A program made the translations under genes and the position numbers. From Octopus sinensis (lineage: Eukaryota): DNA of 64,000 nt. The stretch's first letter is position 1, and every line of letters begins with the position of its first letter. The DNA lies in the NCBI RefSeq assembly GCF_006345805.1, contig NC_042997.1, forward strand, positions 78,182,001 through 78,246,000. The letters run 5' to 3'. The notes under the pieces are model-generated. The model was not told the DNA's origin. It ran no database searches and saw nothing but the letters and a program-made list of their open reading frames with translations. This document shows, one piece after another, positions 60,294 to 64,000 of the stretch.

Positions 60294-60789
60294 CATGAAT
60301 AATCTGCTAAGTTCAAAGTTGAAAAATATTTCAAGTTCAAAATCGATGGGTTGTTGCTGAATTATAAATGTAACTTCGTTTCATGCGTCTTTTAAATCCG
60401 AAATAAGTATGGCCAAACATTTTTGGAGGCCAACTAGATTATAAAAATGTTTTTTATGTCGTGTGAGCCAAAGTAAATAAACACTGAATTCAAAATCATA
60501 CTTTTATTTTTTGTAAAAGAAAAAGTAATCGGTTGGAATGAATTGCTACACCTTAAATGATGTTAAAATTGGAAGGAACCATATATGACATGGTATACAA
60601 GGAAGATTTAATGTATTTTTAGTTAGATTGAACAGGGATGGCTGTGGCTTCGGGTACATGTGGTACCAGATTACTTATTTTCTTTATGAGACATGGAAAC
60701 ATTTTTTGTGCTACTCTCTCTTTTCTTAAAGTCAATTATTCACGTAAACTATATTACGGCAGCATATAAGATACAGTCTCTTTTATTCT

Positions 60790-61790
60790 ATTATTTTACA
60801 GCTTTCATAATGAATGCTGAAAAAATTGCAATTAGAACCATTTTACGCGACCTGTGAAAAAATGAACCAAGTGCAAGGACAACGGTAAAAGAAGTGAATG
60901 ATGAGGATGGTCCAGGAACTGCCAACGAAAGTATGGCACAAAACTGTTTCAGATGTTTCAAGGAAAGTGACATCAACCACGAAGACAAACCGAAGTCAGG
61001 GAGACGTTTTGTGGCAGATGTGGTCTTGTTTGAACTAGTTGAACAACTGCAAGTACAAGCAATCGTACGTTGTCTTCAGAATTTAATCCTTCACAAAGCA
61101 CCATCAACACCTTTATATGCTCGGCTTTGTGAACAGACGCTGTTGAGAAGTTCTTCATGAACTGACCAATAATCAGGTTTGACGGTGTGTGCAACTAATG
61201 ACAAATCTTCAAGATGTCTGTATTTGGCATCGCGTTGTAACTGGGAATGAAAAATGCATCTTCGTTTCAGCCAGACTTCAGAACCTGTTGTCTAAAAGGG
61301 AATTTGAACAGAAGGTCATGTTGCAAGTTTGGTGGATTCTCAAGGTGGTGTTGCACTTTGAGCTTGTCCCTGATGGTCATACTGTAAATGCTGACCTTTA
61401 TGCTCCACAACTGCAGCGAGTATATGATACTTTGAAAGCACGCTGCCAGTCATTGGCCAATCGAAAACTGTAATCCTACAGCGTGATAATGCCCCCAGAA
61501 CACCCTACCAATGTGACCAAGCGCAAACTTGGGGAACGCAATGGGCTGAAATTGTTGCCTCACCCTCTCTACAGTTCAGATCTTGCACCATTAAATTACC
61601 ATCTTTTCCGACGCATGGTTCATTTCCTGCACAGACGGAGAATTAATGTGGATGAGGTTGAAAACAGGTGCAGGCGTATTGTGCCTCTAAACCAGCCAAC
61701 TGACATGAGCGCAGGATTGATCTGGCACAACGATGGCAACTAACTATAGAATATGACGGGATATATTTTATTGAATAAACACTTTTTGTA
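60790..61790 (+). mobile_element. Old mariner remnant (Mos1/Hsmar1-like), heavily mutated
   Basis: CFRCFKESD..HEDKPKSGR, VTGNEKC, KVMLQVWW and LLPHPLYSSDLAPLNYHLFR. Confidence 0.85.
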
Positions 61791-61984
61791 TGTAATTTGT
61801 TCGAATCATTAAAATAAGAAAACAAGGTTTTACTCAACCTGGTAAAGCACTGTAGTATGAAATATGGATTCATTTGTGGTCACTGAAAAAAGTGGGACTT
61901 TTGTTTTACTTTTCATACTGAATTTAATTATTCATTAATCAAAGATATGTTTTAAAAATTCAAAATCAGTTTTGTACGCGACGC

Positions 61985-62130
61985 TTGCAGCGTGGAAGGT
62001 GTTTATAAGCCATTTAAGAAACACACAAAACCGTTAGATTCACTTCAACATTTAAATTTAATTTGTCAAAATGTTTTCTAACGGTTTTGTGTGTTTCTTA
62101 AATGGCTTATAAACACCTTCCACGCTGCAA
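61985..62130. repeat. Perfect 53-bp inverted repeat with 40-bp spacer
   Basis: ttgcagcgtggaagg...aaaaccgttag (61985-62037) is the exact reverse complement of 62078-62130. Confidence 0.95.
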
Positions 62131-64000
62131 TTGTTTTCGTTCCAGCACACGATCTCAGATCAAGTCAGTCGCTATGCAAGTACATCTCTCTCTCTCTATA
62201 TATATATATATATCGAATCAGCAGGTTCGATGATACGACACGTGCACCGTATTTTGCCGACGACCGAGCTGGTGAAACGATAATTCCTTTCATCTTTTTA
62301 AAATCAGATTATAGCATGTCGACATGGAATAGCGTTATCAAAGTAAAAAGATGACGCTAAACATTGTTTGTGACGCCAAAGAAGAGAAGGGAACGAAAAG
62401 CTGATGCAGGCCGTGCGAAGATCAAAGTGTTAGAAAAAGTAAGTTTAAAGAAAGGAGAGGCATGAGTATCAGAATCAAAGACATATAGCAAAGAAAAAAA
62501 GAAAGGAAACCAAATAGAATACGAGATGTAGAGAGGGACGACGAAAAGGCTGTGCATTAACCCAGTGACAGAAGCGACTGAAGAAAGGGAGATCCCTTCG
62601 ATAATGAGAGGCAAAAAGTAATTATTGTGAAAGCTTCTGAAGATCACAATGCTCACCGAACAATAGCGAACAATAACAAATATGAAAAAATGTCATGTCA
62701 CATTGTGTGGAACGGGTAAGGAGGTTGCCTCGTTCATCTAACAACATTTAGTACCTACTTATTTTTCCATCTGGAAACGATTACTCGCATCATCGGCTTT
62801 ACATGATGAATAGAAAGAAAATTGACCACAAACATGTTACTGTGCGTGTCAAATAATAAATCATGAGAATAAATAATGAAGTATGATAATGAATTTAATC
62901 AGCTTTTCGGAAGCCGATGTTTATTTCAGCTTTGTTGATTTGGCTGCCCTGAACGAAGGCAAGGGGTTTAATTTCATACCGATGAATCAAACAACCTTGA
63001 GATCAACAACACATAGACGCTTAATCGATTAATTGAATCGCGATAATGATGACGAGGAAGAGGAAAAGGAAGTGCTCGAAGCGGAAGAAGACCGAGATAT
63101 CTAAGAATGATGTCAAGACGCCATGCTGTATAAACGGAAAACTTTGATTGCTTAATTTTTTCATTACAATGCCATGTGATACAAACTGACCTGAAATTCG
63201 TTAAGTTGTATTAGTAGCTAGATGATTAGCCAGATATCACTGCGAAAGTATTCGATTTGAAGAGAAAATTGTTCACAAAGCACATTGTTGGAGCAGACTG
63301 TTGACTGTAGAATATGAAAAAGTAGATTATGTCTTTGTTGTACTGTATAATGTAGCGCCATAAAGCATCCAAGTTAAAACCATAACTTTAGTTTATGACA
63401 GATTCACGCATGTCGAAATATCAAACCCAAATGAAGAGTCAGAGGAGCATGAAGCGGTATCGGAGCACATGCCCATGGCTAACATTACACCAATAGTGCA
63501 TCAAATTAACACCTGCAATAAGAGTTACCTGAGGCCATACATTTAGCATACTAGGTGTAAGGATGATTTATATTCTAAGTGCATGAGACTTTCTTGCGAA
63601 ATGGGAAGATTTGAAGGAGATCGATTAAGATAAGTCAAAAATAACTTCTCAATGGTAAGGCATCTATAATTCTTACTTATAATTAAGTAGTTCAATTACC
63701 ATCTCAAAGTAGAAATATTCTTATCTATCAAGATTATCTCATACATCATCAAGTATACAGCGAATGAGAGGGAAAATGGGAAAAGAAATCACGCATTACC
63801 TCACAAAACAGGCATATATATTTAGATATTTTAATCTGAAGCATCGATACTATTCATGTGAAAGAAATAGGTGCCTTCAAATGTGCCATCATCAACAACA
63901 TCAAGTTTCTTTCGAGACTATGCAACAGAATACTTAACCGCTTTAACAAGTATCACATAACTGATTCAAGACACATGATAGAGATATAATTTTATCATTA

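Noticed and set aside
62575-62610. CTGAAGA-aaggg-agat-ccctt-c-GATA
   Set aside because: Good hairpin, but GATA instead of GAAA and no stem III or stem I.
62308-63530. Exon-like segments with basic (TPKKRRERKADAGR) and acidic (DNDDEEEEKE) peptides
   Set aside because: In-frame stops interrupt every joined frame and no recognisable family was found; possibly decayed transposon sequence.

Overview
AT-rich, repeat-dominated eukaryotic DNA, most likely from an octopus or other coleoid cephalopod. This is inferred from the tRNA-derived SINE families, the dense (AT)n/(CA)n/(AAT)n/(ATAC)n microsatellites and the element mix. There are no rRNA/tRNA genes, no CRISPR array and no confidently recognisable host gene; most long ORFs in the supplied track are microsatellite artefacts or transposon debris. 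Content: (i) many R4/Dong-clade restriction-like-endonuclease (RLE) retrotransposon fragments stacked head-to-tail in (AAT)n tracts, plus a second R4-like family that sits in (ATAC)n tracts; (ii) HERO, RTE/BovB and CR1/L2-like LINE fragments; (iii) five mariner remnants, MITEs and three SINE families; (iv) five sequence-distinct type I hammerhead ribozyme motifs with intact catalytic cores and mostly palindromic, dimer-type stem III (1292, 2279, 5797, 50899, 51538), plus two degenerate ones, in Penelope-like contexts; (v) repeated local inverted duplications (template-switch signatures); (vi) a speculative three-exon minus-strand gene for a small type II membrane protein. All calls were made by eye. 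Boundaries of degenerate elements are approximate, within tens of bp.
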